64,000 nt of DNA from a virus, in IMG/VR virus record IMGVR_UViG_3300020457_000004, positions 64,001 to 128,000 of that record. One strand, written 5' to 3'. Below, in pieces: positions 20,201-29,950 of the stretch (within the stretch, counting starts at the first letter, position 1; each line of letters starts with the position of its first letter). The notes beneath the pieces are model-generated. The model was not told the DNA's origin. It did not search any database and saw only the letters and a list, made by a program, of their open reading frames with translations. Position numbers and translations under genes: made by a program.

Positions 20201-21065
20201 TATTTTTTAAAACAAGACTTAATTTAGCAGTCTGACCTAAAGGTAAATCTTTTACATAGTCCTTATAAAACTCTTTAAGAAAATTATCGTCTGTATTGAT
20301 ACTTCCATCATCGTTAAAATCAACATCTAGTTTAGCAAGAAAATCTTGTAATACTTTAAGTGGGCCGTGTTTAGAAGAATCAGTTTCATTAGTGAGTTCC
20401 ATGAACTCAAAATACTTTTCAATAAATGTTTGAAAAAGAGCGTGGTCGTTTCTAATAAATTCTGGTAATTGTTGACCAACAAGTTTTGAAATTTTAGGTT
20501 GTGCGTATACATCTGCTTTCGCAATGATGTCAACTTCTGCTGTTAGGATTGCCCCCTGCCCACCATTGATGTGAGTAATAGTACCAACAACAGTTAATTC
20601 TGAACCAGTACCACCAAGAGCGGTAGGTAAAAATGAAACAGTATCACCTTCTACATAATCATTACCATTTGAAACTGGTGTTATAGAAGTTACATCACCA
20701 TTGCCATTGATAACAATAGTAAATGTACCAAATTGACCAACCCCACTCGTAGAAGTAGGTTCAACACCAGTATATGTTCCAGCGTCAAGTCCTGTGTTTG
20801 TAGTAGTACTAGTAACAGTTGTAGCACCACCAGATACTTTTACTGAAGGAGTTAGAACATATCCATCACCACCCTCAGTAATATTAATCGCGGTTATATC
20901 ACCAGAACCAGAAAAGTCAATCGTAGCAGTAGCTGCGGCTTGTATCGGGTTATCACCAGTAGGTGCATCTATTAAAAGGGTGACTCCCGATGTATATCCA
21001 GAACCAGCGCTGGTGATAGCGATGGTTTTGATATATTCTAGATATGATGGTATTCGATTAGTCAT
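17271..21065 (-). CDS. gp7: baseplate wedge initiator gp7-like with added repeats
   Basis: QLPEFIR..FIEKYFEFME, KNINDFYTAKGS..LLFRILYNE, LRPSS, YQPFAYQI..VKRAAHPAGF; lies between gp6 and gp8. Confidence 0.8.
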   Translation of the reverse strand: MTNRIPSYLEYIKTIAITSAGSGYTSGVTLLIDAPTGDNPIQAAATATIDFSGSGDITAINITEGGDGYVLTPSVKVSGGATTVTSTTTNTGLDAGTYTGVEPTSTSGVGQFGTFTIVINGNGDVTSITPVSNGNDYVEGDTVSFLPTALGGTGSELTVVGTITHINGGQGAILTAEVDIIAKADVYAQPKISKLVGQQLPEFIRNDHALFQTFIEKYFEFMELTNETDSSKHGPLKVLQDFLAKLDVDFNDDGSINTDDNFLKEFYKDYVKDLPLGQTAKLSLVLKNINDFYTAKGSGEAIKLLFRILYNEEVELFNAQEFVLRPSSSKWQEDYVVKVYERKTFINADTEDFDPQNFVGQQVDLHYYESTGSVTNAFTKRASVQSVKKIAYTNPQAYELVLSGINNTFSLPGPGAGSLSNDEMLQPEVAGDIGTITGTEGGGSFNTPDPSVVDGTYSITDSDFTSYIDIDYDNSLAISKGTYVKANNKIYLATNQGVTNGVGTGPNHESGDAIDGNVKFRFIEITSATGHYSSGSSGATFTVVIAGNAVSSVTVTDNGTDYYPNEIIEIPATEFGGTGTGVKIKVASITNGKVKKVIIIDGGTGFAANPQIIVSENASDTITQEALIETRTTNGVVDQILFTNNQQGAGYNNLPDLRISTGLTLTFVSLAGEVFPDTTSGDVFSAMKGMVTRVLNTAKFNSIKDGSSTTAGGFKIGDSYVINESGGILGVYAIDYFGEDYTLTGVSNNAYVRITSLNDVGYPATFEVLAVGQGFNRQDFQIELESPTGQIALVDFNTGYNAVLGGVAGDAGGFLSDANRLFDNIVYQPFAYQIQSELQASEWKDYVKRAAHPAGFALYGDLQIKQDIDFSAGFTVETDVYMFFKYPDIEEILVDESVVKAVEIAEAGPDSIFPGDAINTFDVTTTQTESVGIQSEEGPYTFVGTSVRVFYATSDGTETGDPYFEQHSSASDDYVERFGVGDYFLNDGGPYVELGNPQKLVEMNFNSTDTGEYALDYFANDAGRYTVLIADDTERSTEFFFANDTLTSLEVQAVATDSVEMGESVLISFVFFRNPTDSFTMQDSVSVERGVGAVETLLFADAIDKFDIGVNPTDTPNADDSTAFDVTAGRADTFTSDDTLSIEPQLISTDTTLTQDTPSVEAQPRPTDSVATADSVNKFDIGVNPTDTSATADSINNFDITTGPTDTSNTADSITKLDIEIDLTGSSVDEDAAISDSGSLISQSYTVDLTYFAEDYVADTVVNF

Positions 21066-22992
21066 CCTTTACCCTTGATATCATAGTAACAGCAACACCT
21101 TGTTTGACATTATTGGTGGTATCTACTTGAGAATCATCAAGGGATAGGATTATGTTTCTTGCTGGCAAAGCAGTAACAGCATAACTTTGTTCTTCGGTTG
21201 CACGAACTAAATCATCTGTAGAAATATTTTTAGCACTTTCATGTGGTGTTATGTAAACCCTAACATCATTATTTCCTGCCCCACTTATAGCATCTATTCG
21301 CAAAGATGTTATATCCAATGACCCTGTGTCATAATCGATAGTCCCTACAGTACCCCCTATAATTGTATTTGTTTCTTTTGTTTTTAAAATAAGGTCACCT
21401 TTTGCAAGGTTAAATCGTTGACCGTTATATTGTTGTGAGGCAGTAAATGTCTCATCTGGTTTATCTGTAATATAAACTTCATCTTGAGAACCGTTTATAT
21501 TTACAGTAAAATAATTTGTTCTAACAGAACTAGCTAATAGTTTGTTATTGTACTTCAATTGATATCTAGTAGGAGTTTCAAGAGTAGGCGTCAATTTTTT
21601 CATTAACCTCATCTCTATATTATTTGCCAAAATAGAATCACTTACTGAATCTAATTCTTTACTTAATTTTGAGAAGAAGAAGTTTTTCTTTAATTCGTTA
21701 ACATTAGTATCAAAGTGAGATGTTACTTGGTCTAGTACTTTTGTCTTAATAGCATCTGAACTTTCCGTAGTTAGTTTCGGGTCATAAGTTACAGCAATAT
21801 TGAAACCTATGAATAAAGTTTCCGCGTCAACAAATTCAGTAACCAATGATACTGGAAGTTTTGGTTTGATAACATTATTAGCAATCTCATTTTTTTCTGT
21901 ATCAGTTATAACAAATCCAGTTTGAGGTTGAAGTGATATATAAACTGTTCCATAGACAGGCGGTACATTATCTTCTCCGCCCCAGACTGTTACAGATTTA
22001 ATATTTGGATTTGATTGTTTGATTGCAGTTTCGTAGTCAGTAGATGTCACAACCCTACCTTTAGCAGAATTAAATCGCGGTGCATTAAAACGAATACTGT
22101 TTATGTTTTCTAACTCGAATCCACCTGTAGCTGCTGAAACAGTTTTACCTGTAAGGTTTTCAGCTGAACCTGTAATACTTGATGGTGGAGAAAATTTCCT
22201 AGCACCATTTCCTTTTGTGGCATTTCCTAGAATGTATTCGCATATGACAATGTTTCCTACATCTAATTGTTTACCAAGAACACCGTCACCAAAAACAACT
22301 TGGTAAAATCCATCTGTTCTTTCTTCTAAGTAAAATACAGTAGACTTAGATGTAACTCCAGTAATTTGTTCTGACAACGCGAATGGCGTAGCATTTAAGT
22401 TAGTACTAGAAGTCTGTACTCTTACTGACAAAGTAGTTGTATCAACATTATCATTGGGTAATATTACTGGGCCAGACCTATTCGTACTATTAATAACCTC
22501 AGAAGTGGTAACTCTTGTTCCTTCCACCAAAGTTATATTAGTAAATCTAAAAGCAGCCACACCATTAATAACTGATTTGTCTACGGTGTAATCTTTATCT
22601 GGTAAAAAGTTAAAGTTTCTTCCGTTTACATTAGATGTAAATATCCTGTCTTTTGTTAAAGTAAGACTCGTTGATGTAAAAGCTGGGTCTGGTACTATTG
22701 TAAGGTCAATAACAGCCTTAGCAGAACGGGCAGACCTTGGTGTGTATCCCATTGTTTTTGCAATCGATACAACTGAATTTCTTTTGACAGCAGAATCAAT
22801 AAATGCTTCATTGGATACCATATGAGCAAGGACGGCATTGTAGTGTGTATTATATGCGAGTAAATCTATAAGTTGCGAAATACCAGATGCTTCAAAGTCG
22901 TAGTCTGCAAACTCAGTTTGATTTTTTAAGTGTGTTTTTAGATTTGTTTTTATAGTATCGAAATCTAATTCTGTTACATTCTTGACTGCCAT
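21058..22992 (-). CDS. gp6: baseplate wedge subunit gp6
   Basis: ELDFDTIKTNL..DYDFEASG..LLAYNTHYN..GYTPRS, FGDGVLGK, RVVTSTDYE, VWGGEDNVPPVYGTVYIS. Confidence 0.93.
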   Translation of the reverse strand: MAVKNVTELDFDTIKTNLKTHLKNQTEFADYDFEASGISQLIDLLAYNTHYNAVLAHMVSNEAFIDSAVKRNSVVSIAKTMGYTPRSARSAKAVIDLTIVPDPAFTSTSLTLTKDRIFTSNVNGRNFNFLPDKDYTVDKSVINGVAAFRFTNITLVEGTRVTTSEVINSTNRSGPVILPNDNVDTTTLSVRVQTSSTNLNATPFALSEQITGVTSKSTVFYLEERTDGFYQVVFGDGVLGKQLDVGNIVICEYILGNATKGNGARKFSPPSSITGSAENLTGKTVSAATGGFELENINSIRFNAPRFNSAKGRVVTSTDYETAIKQSNPNIKSVTVWGGEDNVPPVYGTVYISLQPQTGFVITDTEKNEIANNVIKPKLPVSLVTEFVDAETLFIGFNIAVTYDPKLTTESSDAIKTKVLDQVTSHFDTNVNELKKNFFFSKLSKELDSVSDSILANNIEMRLMKKLTPTLETPTRYQLKYNNKLLASSVRTNYFTVNINGSQDEVYITDKPDETFTASQQYNGQRFNLAKGDLILKTKETNTIIGGTVGTIDYDTGSLDITSLRIDAISGAGNNDVRVYITPHESAKNISTDDLVRATEEQSYAVTALPARNIILSLDDSQVDTTNNVKQGVAVTMISRVKDD

Positions 22993-23388
22993 TTATCTCA
23001 ACCTCTCTAAAACTATTCCGAGTTCTTGCAACTCCCTAATCCCTCTTACGAAAAAGAACACTTTACATGAAAATGAATTTTCATTTTGATCTGGGTAAAC
23101 CTCTACCTCTTCTACTACAACCCTTGGTTCAAAGTTAACAATCGCTCTTTTTATTTCTGTCGCAAGACTCGTACCAGTAGCCACATCGACTGGTTCAAAT
23201 AATAGTCCTCTTATTGGAGAACCATATTGCGGTTTAAATGGTTTTTCATAGTATTGAGTTAACAACAATGACTTCAACGATTGTTTAACCGCTTGAACAT
23301 CTACTCTCCGAGCAATATCCTTTGTATTTGGGTTTTTTGTAAAACTCAAATCAAAATCTTTATATATTGTAGTAGGTCGTTTAAGCAT
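22993..23388 (-). CDS. gp25: baseplate wedge subunit gp25
   Basis: YKDFDLSF..AVKQSLKSLLLT..EKPFKPQYGS..LLFE..NFEPRV. Start ATG 23388 lies just after a late promoter. Confidence 0.92.
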   Translation of the reverse strand: MLKRPTTIYKDFDLSFTKNPNTKDIARRVDVQAVKQSLKSLLLTQYYEKPFKPQYGSPIRGLLFEPVDVATGTSLATEIKRAIVNFEPRVVVEEVEVYPDQNENSFSCKVFFFVRGIRELQELGIVLERLR

Positions 23389-23393
23389 GTGAC

Positions 23394-23401
23394 TATTTAT
23401 A
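23394..23401 (-). promoter_or_regulatory. T4-type late promoter
   Basis: TATAAATA-GTCAC-ATG(23388). Confidence 0.8.
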
Positions 23402-23411
23402 ATACTTTGCA

Positions 23412-24038
23412 CTAGGCAAATGCGTTCTTAGTATCTTTATCTACTTTAGATTCTTTTTGTACAACTTCCAATCTTAAATTCTTGAGAAAGTCCTTTAACC
23501 TTTCTATCGTGGGTGAAACCCCTTCGTTTATTAATTCTTCAGCATCTATCTCTCCAGCATCAAGATTAAACTTGGCAGAAGTTACTTTAATCTTACCGTT
23601 TTTTGCCTTTTCAAAATTTGGCATTGCCTCACATAGACTTTCCAAATCTGAACCAAGACTATCAAAGAATCCAACTGGGTCTCTCATGATGTTGTTTATG
23701 GTATTGTTCTTATCACCATATTTTTCTTCAATCTCTTTAGCTTTAGCAATAAACCGTTCTGTTTGTGCCGCTAATGCCACCAAATCACCAAGTTCATCCG
23801 CGAATGGTATACCATCTCTTAATTGTTTAAGAAAGTTTTCTAGGTTACCAAATTCTTCTTGGAACAAGGCCTCAAACTCTCCTTGCATAGCAAGAAATTT
23901 TGCTTTAAGAAAATTGATACCCAGTTCACTCGCAATCGCATCAACAGTAGTATCAACTGCTAGGTCAATTTGGTCTTGTAGTTGGTCAATCTTATCCGCG
24001 ATTTCCCCAAATGCTTTTCCTATACCTTTACAACTCAT
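23412..24038 (-). CDS. hypothetical helical protein downstream of gp5
   Basis: 208 aa ORF with GGAG RBS, between gp5 and gp25. Confidence 0.7.
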   Translation of the reverse strand: MSCKGIGKAFGEIADKIDQLQDQIDLAVDTTVDAIASELGINFLKAKFLAMQGEFEALFQEEFGNLENFLKQLRDGIPFADELGDLVALAAQTERFIAKAKEIEEKYGDKNNTINNIMRDPVGFFDSLGSDLESLCEAMPNFEKAKNGKIKVTSAKFNLDAGEIDAEELINEGVSPTIERLKDFLKNLRLEVVQKESKVDKDTKNAFA

Positions 24039-24049
24039 TTATTTCTCCA

Positions 24050-26158
24050 TTAAAGCGGTGGTGTCGTTTGATATGTACCAGAAGAAGACCCGCCAGGTAC
24101 AGGTGTGTTATGAGTATGAGTCTGAAGTACGGTGCTACCACCAGTAACCAATCCAGTAACAGTAAGAGTACCAGTAATTCCAGTTGCACCAGTAATGGAT
24201 GTTGCACCCACTATGCTTGTTACACCAGTAATATTTGTAATCGCAGTAATATCAACTATCGGAGTAACCGTCAAGAGTGAAGCATTCGTCATTATCGTAC
24301 TTGATGTTCCAATAGGTATGGCACTTGGTGTTCCAAATGTTGTTGGAAGAGCAGCACCAGTAGTATCAATAATAGTACCAGCACCAGCAATCGCGTTATT
24401 AATAAATCCAGCACCTGTTACGAAATTATTAATAGCACCAACCCCTGTAATGTTATTCTCAATTACACCAGCACCAATCAAGGTATTTTGAATACCACCA
24501 ACTCCACTAGGATTCACAACATAAGTCCTTTTGTTTCCGATAATTTGAGCTGGGAAGGGAACCGAAACTGGGCCAACTCTCTCTACATAGTCAACTCTCG
24601 CGGTTGTGTTAATTCTATCAGAAACTATGGAAACAACACCACCAAGAGGCGAGCCAGGTACTTTCGGTAAATCAGTCGGAGCAGCTGCAATGTCAACTTT
24701 CTGAATTGCCTCTAATTTGATTGAACCACCTTGAACAAGTGCATCTGGAGATGGAGCTGCCCCAGCCGAAGCAGCTTCTAAAGCTGCAGTTGGGTCAAGC
24801 CCTGTTCTAAGCGCGGTAGTAAACCCTATGTCACCTTTGACAATGTGTTTAAAATCATTACCACCCATTATTTTATGTTTACCTTGAACTGTTTCGTTCA
24901 TTTCTCCCAAAACACGCAAACGATAATTACCTATTTTCTTTTGGTCTTTATCAGACTGTCCTACTTGACAATTGAAGTTACCAGCAGTCATTAATAGATA
25001 TGAACTTTGAGTATCAACTAACTCATGTCCTTGTATCTTGTTTAACCTATTACCCATTACAGTATTGTATGAGTGACCACTTATATGTTCGTATTTGTTT
25101 CCCTTGACATTAATATTGTAATCGCCCTCTACCATAAGGTTGAAGTCGCCTCTAACATACATGTATCTGCTTTTTAAATCAATGACATAATCTTCACCAA
25201 CAATTTTTTCTACTTTGGTTCCGTCTGGTTGAATTTCTCTAAATGTTCCAGCAGTATGATATTCGTGTATTCTTTCCGCGTCTGGTGTGTCATCAACCTC
25301 AAAGACATGTCCACTCTCTGTTTCCCTTACATGGTTGTATGGGTACTGAGATTTAGAAATTTCAGAACCTTGTGGGTGGGGTTCCTCCCAGAAAGTTGGT
25401 TCGTATAGGCCTGGAAATACTGGAATGTCTTCACCACCATTATCATGTTCGTATGGTAGTTCTGTATTATTCCACCCAGATATTTTAGTTGCAAATCCTC
25501 GTGGCACACCATCGTCTTTAGCTCCTATTCTCGTTTCTCTTTTTCCCTTTAACGAATAGTGATTTTCTGACATATCACCCCTAGCAAGTCTAGAGGATGA
25601 TGCTTCTCCCAGAACATTCTTACCTACATCAACTTCATCAACACCTTCTGCGAGACCAGTAAGTTTATTGCCTTCCGCGTCTAATATGCCACCAAGTCCA
25701 TCACTAACCATTCCTTTGACTTTATCTGCAAGACTCTCGTCTTCTGATATCTTTAATTCTTTTCTGCGTGGGAATTTTCCATTTGGGTCATAGAATCCTC
25801 TTTCTGCCAATGACTCTGGTGATTCTGGTGTATCTTTATCGTCTATCGTGGGTACATTATCTTCTACACCAAAAGAACCCATGATAACTGGTATTTGACC
25901 ATCTTCACCATCAACAAAGAATCCGATTACAGTTGAACCCTCTACCAATCCAGTAGGTGATGAACCAACACCAGATATCGCTGCTGAGGTAACTGGTTGC
26001 ATAGGAATAGACCAAGGCAAAGACTCTGTAGGTAATATATTCTTATCAAGTGTGTGATAACCTATTATACGAACACGATATCTACCAAACTGTTCTGGGT
26101 CATTTCTGTCTTCTACGACACCCTGCCACCAAGCAAAATTGGGGTATCTATTCATCAT
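24050..26158 (-). CDS. gp5: baseplate central spike gp5-like (OB fold + beta-helix, no lysozyme domain)
   Basis: WWQGVVEDRNDP..GRYRVRIIGYH..LPW..GFFVDG (gp5 OB fold); YPYNHVRETESGHVFEVDDTP..ERIH..H.AGTF.EI; C-terminal LQTHTH. Confidence 0.9.
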   Translation of the reverse strand: MMNRYPNFAWWQGVVEDRNDPEQFGRYRVRIIGYHTLDKNILPTESLPWSIPMQPVTSAAISGVGSSPTGLVEGSTVIGFFVDGEDGQIPVIMGSFGVEDNVPTIDDKDTPESPESLAERGFYDPNGKFPRRKELKISEDESLADKVKGMVSDGLGGILDAEGNKLTGLAEGVDEVDVGKNVLGEASSSRLARGDMSENHYSLKGKRETRIGAKDDGVPRGFATKISGWNNTELPYEHDNGGEDIPVFPGLYEPTFWEEPHPQGSEISKSQYPYNHVRETESGHVFEVDDTPDAERIHEYHTAGTFREIQPDGTKVEKIVGEDYVIDLKSRYMYVRGDFNLMVEGDYNINVKGNKYEHISGHSYNTVMGNRLNKIQGHELVDTQSSYLLMTAGNFNCQVGQSDKDQKKIGNYRLRVLGEMNETVQGKHKIMGGNDFKHIVKGDIGFTTALRTGLDPTAALEAASAGAAPSPDALVQGGSIKLEAIQKVDIAAAPTDLPKVPGSPLGGVVSIVSDRINTTARVDYVERVGPVSVPFPAQIIGNKRTYVVNPSGVGGIQNTLIGAGVIENNITGVGAINNFVTGAGFINNAIAGAGTIIDTTGAALPTTFGTPSAIPIGTSSTIMTNASLLTVTPIVDITAITNITGVTSIVGATSITGATGITGTLTVTGLVTGGSTVLQTHTHNTPVPGGSSSGTYQTTPPL

Positions 26159-27609
26159 GATATATCTCCTACACTATCTCTTACTACTTCTAACTTCATT
26201 TGATGACTATTAGTTGCAACTGATATGTGATGTCTAATAGATGTAACACTATAGATTCCAGATATTCTTTCATCAAACAAATCTTCTGGTTTGGGGTCAC
26301 TACCTTTTTCAGAAGTGTTTGGAAAGTTTAGATATACTAACATACCCAAGTCAAGGTCTGTTCGGCCTGGAACCTCAAAATCAATTTGTAATCTTTGCAA
26401 TTCTGCTAATGCCGTATCTCTATAAGCGGTATCTAATAAAAATCTCCAATCATATCCAAAACTTTGGTCAGTCCACATTTGCGAGGAACCTATTTGCACA
26501 TTTAATGCAGACCTCGGATTTGTCAATGGCACTTCTCTTATTGGACTATTATTTTCTATATGAAAAAAGTCATTGTATCCTGCCCCTATTGTCCTTTTAT
26601 TTTGTTTTACTCTTGTTGGTTGGAGTGGTGTATAATCAAACTCCATGTGATAAGGAATTCTGGTAGTCATATCAAACCCTATTGTCATGTTTCCTTGATA
26701 CCCAGAAAGTTGGTCATCTAAGTCATTTGTAAAATGGGGAATATTTAATCCAGACATTGTATTTTGTTTCTTTGATAAGAAAGGACTAAGATAACTATAA
26801 CCACCTCTTTCTCTTCTTTTTTCAGACAATTGAAATGCATCACTACCTGTGGGAATATAAAAGAATTCATCATATATTGCATTTTGTTCTTTATAAAACG
26901 CAGCCATTTTAGAAAGACTAACTGCATAAGTTCCCTTATCAGATTGAAAATACCTAACATTGGGCATCAACTCTTTACCACCAGCTGCAGTTGGAGCGCA
27001 TTTATTTGAAAGAAAGTTAAGACACTTATATGGAGTCCAATAATTAGAGATGAAACATATATTTTCTTTTTTAAATCCTTGACTTCCACCAACATCCATG
27101 AAGTTGAGGTCGGGCCCATCTCGCGTGCCACCCTTGTTACTAATTACTTTTGGTTCTTTTAAAAACCTAGTGTAAATATCTGTAAATATTTCTTTTGGTG
27201 AACCAGTAAACCTTTCGTTAATAACAACCGTATTGTTTTTATATCCCTCTGGTGTTATACACCGTAATATATAAAATTGTTCCCTATCATCTTTGAATTG
27301 TCTTTCAGAAATAGAATGAACAACAAATGATTGTTCTATACATTGCGATGGATTTGTATCATTTAAATGTCTAGATACAAATTTTACTGTAATAATCTCT
27401 CCACCCATGATAGGCAGATTACCTAATAAATTTCTACTATCACCTATGGACATCTCCATCGTAAAATAGTTAGTAAATATACTTTCTTTAATAACAACAT
27501 CACCAACATAATTTCTTATGTCAATAGTCTGACTTCCCGATTCTGGGGATGTTAAAAGGTCTATAGCATCTATACTTATAGAACCTGCTGTTGGGACTGA
27601 ACTATCCAT
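26155..27609 (-). CDS. baseplate hub protein (gp27/late-control-D-like)
   Basis: I.ESIF..IGDS.NL...LPIMGGE N-terminus; VPGRTDLDLG...SGIYSVTSIRHHI...LEVVRDS C-terminus; between gp53 and gp5. Confidence 0.7.
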   Translation of the reverse strand: MDSSVPTAGSISIDAIDLLTSPESGSQTIDIRNYVGDVVIKESIFTNYFTMEMSIGDSRNLLGNLPIMGGEIITVKFVSRHLNDTNPSQCIEQSFVVHSISERQFKDDREQFYILRCITPEGYKNNTVVINERFTGSPKEIFTDIYTRFLKEPKVISNKGGTRDGPDLNFMDVGGSQGFKKENICFISNYWTPYKCLNFLSNKCAPTAAGGKELMPNVRYFQSDKGTYAVSLSKMAAFYKEQNAIYDEFFYIPTGSDAFQLSEKRRERGGYSYLSPFLSKKQNTMSGLNIPHFTNDLDDQLSGYQGNMTIGFDMTTRIPYHMEFDYTPLQPTRVKQNKRTIGAGYNDFFHIENNSPIREVPLTNPRSALNVQIGSSQMWTDQSFGYDWRFLLDTAYRDTALAELQRLQIDFEVPGRTDLDLGMLVYLNFPNTSEKGSDPKPEDLFDERISGIYSVTSIRHHISVATNSHQMKLEVVRDSVGDIS

Positions 27610-27615
27610 GATGTA

Positions 27616-28128
27616 TTATCTTCCTTTTATCAATCGTTTAAATTGTCCTGCTATTTCTGCAATGAATTCTACTCTTGGTACTTTAATTCTTCTTTTTTCT
27701 TCATTAACTTTTTCTTCATGTTCAATATTACTTACTGCTTTAATAGCACCAGTATTAAACTTAGTTTGGTCAAAGTCAACTCTAATATTTTCATTTGTAC
27801 TATCGACATAATGATGTACTTTTTGTAAGTTAAGTTCACCATACCTTTGTTTTGCAAAGTTGTTTAAATCAATATTAGATTTAGGCCAATCATGGTATGG
27901 GTCTATAACTTGATTACAAAGTAATATGACCCAGTAATAGTCTACAGTATCATATAAGTCATAAGAAAGATGTTCTGGTCTTTGTCCATCTTGAACATCA
28001 TACTCATCCATATAGGTGAGATTATCAAAAATATCTTTTGTTCCCACACGGCGAAACAGGTCTGGAATGTTAACAAGAGTTCCATCTATTACATACGCGG
28101 TTCTAGGAAATTGTCTAAAAAATGCCAT
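27616..28128 (-). CDS. gp53: baseplate wedge subunit gp53
   Basis: FFRQFP..YDVQDGQRPEHLSYDLY..YWVILLCN..DWP..HHY..NEEKRRIKV. Confidence 0.9.
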   Translation of the reverse strand: MAFFRQFPRTAYVIDGTLVNIPDLFRRVGTKDIFDNLTYMDEYDVQDGQRPEHLSYDLYDTVDYYWVILLCNQVIDPYHDWPKSNIDLNNFAKQRYGELNLQKVHHYVDSTNENIRVDFDQTKFNTGAIKAVSNIEHEEKVNEEKRRIKVPRVEFIAEIAGQFKRLIKGR

Positions 28129-29453
28129 TATCCATTCTCTCCTGCTGCTTGTGCGGAACTAGTTTCTGTTATTGTTTCTGGTGTTTCTGGTTCTTCTGCT
28201 GGAACCTCACCCGATACACTTGGGCCTAATCCTTGGAAACCACCCATCACATCTTCTTGGTCGGTGAGATCAACAATAGCATCTCTGTGAAGAAGTGTTA
28301 GTTCTTTGAAGTTTAAAGACATAGTAATTTCTGATGGAGCACCTTCTGTTCCTTGGAATGAAGTATAATGTCCACCTTGACCATAGTCTACCACAAAATT
28401 TACCAAAGCAGTATCATTAAAGAAGTTAGTAAAGTAAGCATTTTCTTTGTTTTTATACTGGTAGATTATCTCAAACTCAGCAGGATACTGTAAAAATAAC
28501 TGGTGTTCACTTTTTTCTGGTGTCATATATCTTTCAAATACATTAACTATTTTTAAAGCTTGTAACAATTCATGTCTATTCTTGGGTGCAAATTTAAATG
28601 TAAAAGGAAAATTCCTAAAGTTCATCGTTTTAAACAATGTCTCTGTAAATGGGTTTTGTACTTTACGCGACATTAACTCTATACTGGATTGAAGTGGTAA
28701 GTTTACTCCTAGTTGTTTTGTTATGTTTAATGTACCAGCTGCAGTTCTAAGTAATGCTTGTCCAGCTTCAGTTGAACCATCAGCACTTTTCAACATATCT
28801 GTTACACCTCTAGTTCCACCTTCGGTTACCAATGCACCCATAATAGAACCAAAATCTGTAACATCCCATTGTGCTTGCATTTCATTTTTTGGAGACATTG
28901 GCATAGCCATTCTAATACGAGCAACACATTTTCTGGTAGTTTTAGTTTCTACTAATCCAGCTGCTAATTTACCAGCCTCTCCAGAAAGTAAAACACCAGC
29001 AGCGCCCGCTGCCTTAGTAGTAGCACTCCCAGTTACAACCGCAGCTGCACCAACGCCCGCAACTAAACCAGTTGTTGTATCTTGAACTATTTGATTTGCT
29101 TGGTCATTACTAAGATTACTCATTAAGTCTTCTCCACGGCCCGCATTTCCTAGATGAGTATTGGCAGCTGCTTCTGCATCTGTCTGTCTTATCAAAACAT
29201 TGAACATTATTTGATGGGGGAATTCATCTGTATTATCTAATCCATTTGGGTAAGACAAAGACTGAAATGTAATTTTTTGTTTTGTTGGTTTTTCTTTTTT
29301 GGTGCCTCGTGCTTCTTGAGTGGCACCAGCTGCTGTTGCAACTGCGTCTTCGGTGTTCGTTGGGTCACTTCCTTCTTGTTTACTGCCTCCGCGTGGGATG
29401 CCGCCTGGCAACCAACCACCAAGCTTTTCATCTAACCAATTGTAAACACTCAT
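28128..29453 (-). CDS. gp48: baseplate tail-tube cap gp48-like
   Basis: LSYP, NPFTETLFKTMNFRNFPFTFKFAPKN..E, FLQYPAEFEI, VDY, PSEITMSLNFKE. Confidence 0.8.
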   Translation of the reverse strand: MSVYNWLDEKLGGWLPGGIPRGGSKQEGSDPTNTEDAVATAAGATQEARGTKKEKPTKQKITFQSLSYPNGLDNTDEFPHQIMFNVLIRQTDAEAAANTHLGNAGRGEDLMSNLSNDQANQIVQDTTTGLVAGVGAAAVVTGSATTKAAGAAGVLLSGEAGKLAAGLVETKTTRKCVARIRMAMPMSPKNEMQAQWDVTDFGSIMGALVTEGGTRGVTDMLKSADGSTEAGQALLRTAAGTLNITKQLGVNLPLQSSIELMSRKVQNPFTETLFKTMNFRNFPFTFKFAPKNRHELLQALKIVNVFERYMTPEKSEHQLFLQYPAEFEIIYQYKNKENAYFTNFFNDTALVNFVVDYGQGGHYTSFQGTEGAPSEITMSLNFKELTLLHRDAIVDLTDQEDVMGGFQGLGPSVSGEVPAEEPETPETITETSSAQAAGENG

Positions 29454-29465
29454 GTAAGAACTCCG

Positions 29466-29502
29466 AATAAATAGTAATTATGTTATTAATGGACTATTTA
29501 TA
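29466..29502. promoter_or_regulatory. face-to-face late promoters for divergent gp48 and gp4
   Basis: TATAAATA on minus (29495-29502) and variant AATAAATA on plus (29466-29473). Confidence 0.6.
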
Positions 29503-29504
29503 AG

Positions 29505-29945
29505 ATGCCGTACCGAAAAGATATCCACCAAGGAAAATTTATTCCAAAAAACACAAAAAAATATCGTGGAGACATTTCAGAGGTTATTTATAGGTCTGCC
29601 TATGAACTAAAATTTATGAATTGGTGCGACAAGAACCAAGATGTTTTAGAGTGGGCATCTGAACCTATAGCGATACCCTATAGGTCACCAATCGATAGAA
29701 GAATACATCGTTACTTTGTTGACTTTTATTTGAAGACAGTTGGTGGTACATATCTGATAGAAATCAAACCAGAACGGTTTACAAAACCACCAGAACCAAG
29801 AAAGAAAACAAAAAAGTATTTACAAGAGATTGCCCAGTATGGTATCAATGAGTCAAAGTGGAAGTCAGCAAAAGAATTTTGTCTTGATAGAGGATGGGAA
29901 TTTAAAATAATTACTGAAAAAGAATTGGGAATGTATTATAAATAG
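29505..29945 (+). CDS. gp4: head completion nuclease gp4
   Basis: GKFIPKNTKKYRGD...YRSAYELKFMNWCD..EWASE..IPY.SP.D...HRYFVDF..IEIKP..NESKW..A..F.IITEKEL. Confidence 0.92.
   Translation: MPYRKDIHQGKFIPKNTKKYRGDISEVIYRSAYELKFMNWCDKNQDVLEWASEPIAIPYRSPIDRRIHRYFVDFYLKTVGGTYLIEIKPERFTKPPEPRKKTKKYLQEIAQYGINESKWKSAKEFCLDRGWEFKIITEKELGMYYK
29937..29944 (+). promoter_or_regulatory. T4-type late promoter
   Basis: TATAAATA-GTCGCT-ATG(29951). Confidence 0.8.
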
Positions 29946-29950
29946 TCGCT

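Noticed and set aside
29505-29945. TnsA-like nuclease as a transposon gene
   Set aside because: Sequence and position next to gp2/gp48 match T4 gp4 head completion protein; no transposon ends seen.
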